Origin: Coniocarpon cinnabarinum
Lineage: Eukaryota
DNA length: 20,094 nt
Reading direction: 5' to 3'
Assembly (NCBI GenBank): GCA_051942205.1
Contig: JAVECO010000105.1
Coordinates: 62,001-82,094, forward strand
Numbering within the stretch: position 1 is the stretch's first letter; each line of letters begins with the position of its first letter. Below, piece by piece: positions 19,092 to 20,094 of this stretch. Below the pieces are notes generated by a model. It saw only the letters and a list, made by a program, of their open reading frames with translations, was not told the DNA's origin and searched no databases. The translations under genes were made by a program, and so were the position numbers.

Positions 19092-19425
19092 TTCCATTCT
19101 TTCTTGAATATTCTACTCTATTTTTTTTTTAAAAAAAATAGTCTATTCTTGATTAAATACTCTACTTTTTTTCAACGCTGCATTTTTCTTTAAATGCTCT
19201 ACTTTTTTTTCAACGCTCTACTTTTTTTTAGATACTCTACTCTTTTTTAAACGCTCTACTCTTTCTTAAACGCTCCTTTCTCACTCGAATGCTCTATCTA
19301 ATGCTCCATTCTTACTCGAATACTCCCTCTAATATTCCATCTAATGCTCCATCTAATGCTCCAATGTTACTCGAATGCTTTATCAAATAGTCCATCTAAT
19401 ACTCCACCTAATGCTCCATCTACTC
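19092..19425. repeat. Composite minisatellite of 19-bp (CTCTACTTTTTTTTAAACG-like) and 12-bp (CTCCATCTAATG-like) units
   Basis: 19-mers start at 19092, 19141, 19160 (18 nt), 19178, 19197, 19216, 19235, 19254, 19273, 19304 and 19359. 12-mers start at 19292, 19323, 19335, 19347, 19378, 19390, 19402 and 19414. Confidence 0.88.
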
Positions 19426-19669
19426 ATCTTCGCCACATCCCTCCACCACGTCACTTTCCTCGGCCATGTCTACAAGTACATCTACTTCCCCCTGTAACAC
19501 ATCTAACACTATAACATCTCCAACGCTGTACATAATTTGCAAGACTTCTCTCAGACCAAACGCCAAGACCGCCGCAACGCATTTGCTATTCGATTAATTA
19601 ATCATGCCCAGACTGTGCGCATCTCCCTCTATGTCCTCTTTCTACCTCTTGTAGGATCTGTTCGATTCC

Positions 19670-20094
19670 TCTTCTCGATTCTTTCTTCTCTCTCATATCC
19701 CCCGGCTCCCTCGATCCTTTCTTCTCTCTCACATACTCCCCAACATGCCTTTCTTCTTCATACCCAACATCCCCCTCTTTTCCACTGCTCTTTTCCACTC
19801 CTCTTCATATCCCCCATTTCTTCGGTTCTTGCTTCTCTCTTGTATCCTCCCCAATATACCTCTCTTCTTCATCCCCGACATCCCCCCTCTTTTCCACTTC
19901 TCTCTATATTCCCCATTCTCTTGATTCTTTCTCCTCTCTCATGTACTCCCTAACATCCTCCTCTTTTCTACTCCCCACTATCTTCGTCTCTACTCCCCAA
20001 TACCCTCCCCAATACCCTCCCCAACATTCCCCTCTTCTCTCTCACATTCCCCAATATCCTCTTCTCTACTTCCCAATATCACCCTCTTCTCTAC
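19670..20094. repeat. Polypyrimidine low-complexity tract with ~100-110-bp degenerate direct repeats, running off the window
   Basis: Related units start at about 19718, 19828 and 19927 (partial). The first two share 'ctccccaa..tcttcttcat.ccc.acatccccc..tcttttccact'. The + strand contains very few G. Confidence 0.8.

Noticed and set aside
19141..19425. CRISPR array or coiled-coil-coding repeat
   Set aside because: Eukaryotic context, no unique spacers, and a 19-bp period is incompatible with a reading frame.
19537..19953. 138-aa + strand ORF
   Set aside because: TTG start and an L/S/P/F composition produced by the pyrimidine tract, where stop codons are rare by composition.
19940..20094. 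Telomeric repeat
   Set aside because: No tandem TTAGGG/CCCTAA (only a single CCCTAA near 19948), and a C-rich + strand is the wrong polarity for a right-hand chromosome end.

Overview
Eukaryotic genomic DNA from a filamentous ascomycete (Pezizomycotina; Dothideomycete-like is my inference), gene-dense, with short GT-AG introns carrying CTRAY branch points. Eight protein-coding genes can be reconstructed by hand: the 3' part of cohesin subunit SCC3/STAG (+), mitochondrial EF-Tu (-, 3 introns), 3-hydroxyisobutyryl-CoA hydrolase/EHD3 (+, head-to-head with EF-Tu), an ATF/CREB-like bZIP protein (+), a short Sec2-domain coiled-coil protein (+), an HDHD3-like HAD hydrolase (+), a secreted GH43 (+) and a secreted GH5 ExgB-like endo-beta-1,6-glucanase (+). 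The last ~1 kb is non-coding and pyrimidine-rich, with a composite 19/12-bp minisatellite and ~100-bp degenerate repeats. I found no RNA gene, CRISPR array or recognisable transposon, and no firm evidence of a new system. The best leads are a GH43 whose propeller is split by a 176-aa insert carrying a Kex2-like site, features shared by the adjacent GH43/GH5 pair (RR-Q sites, C-terminal TAT..QMT), an Asp-to-Glu change in the EHD3 active-site motif, and the higher-order minisatellite.
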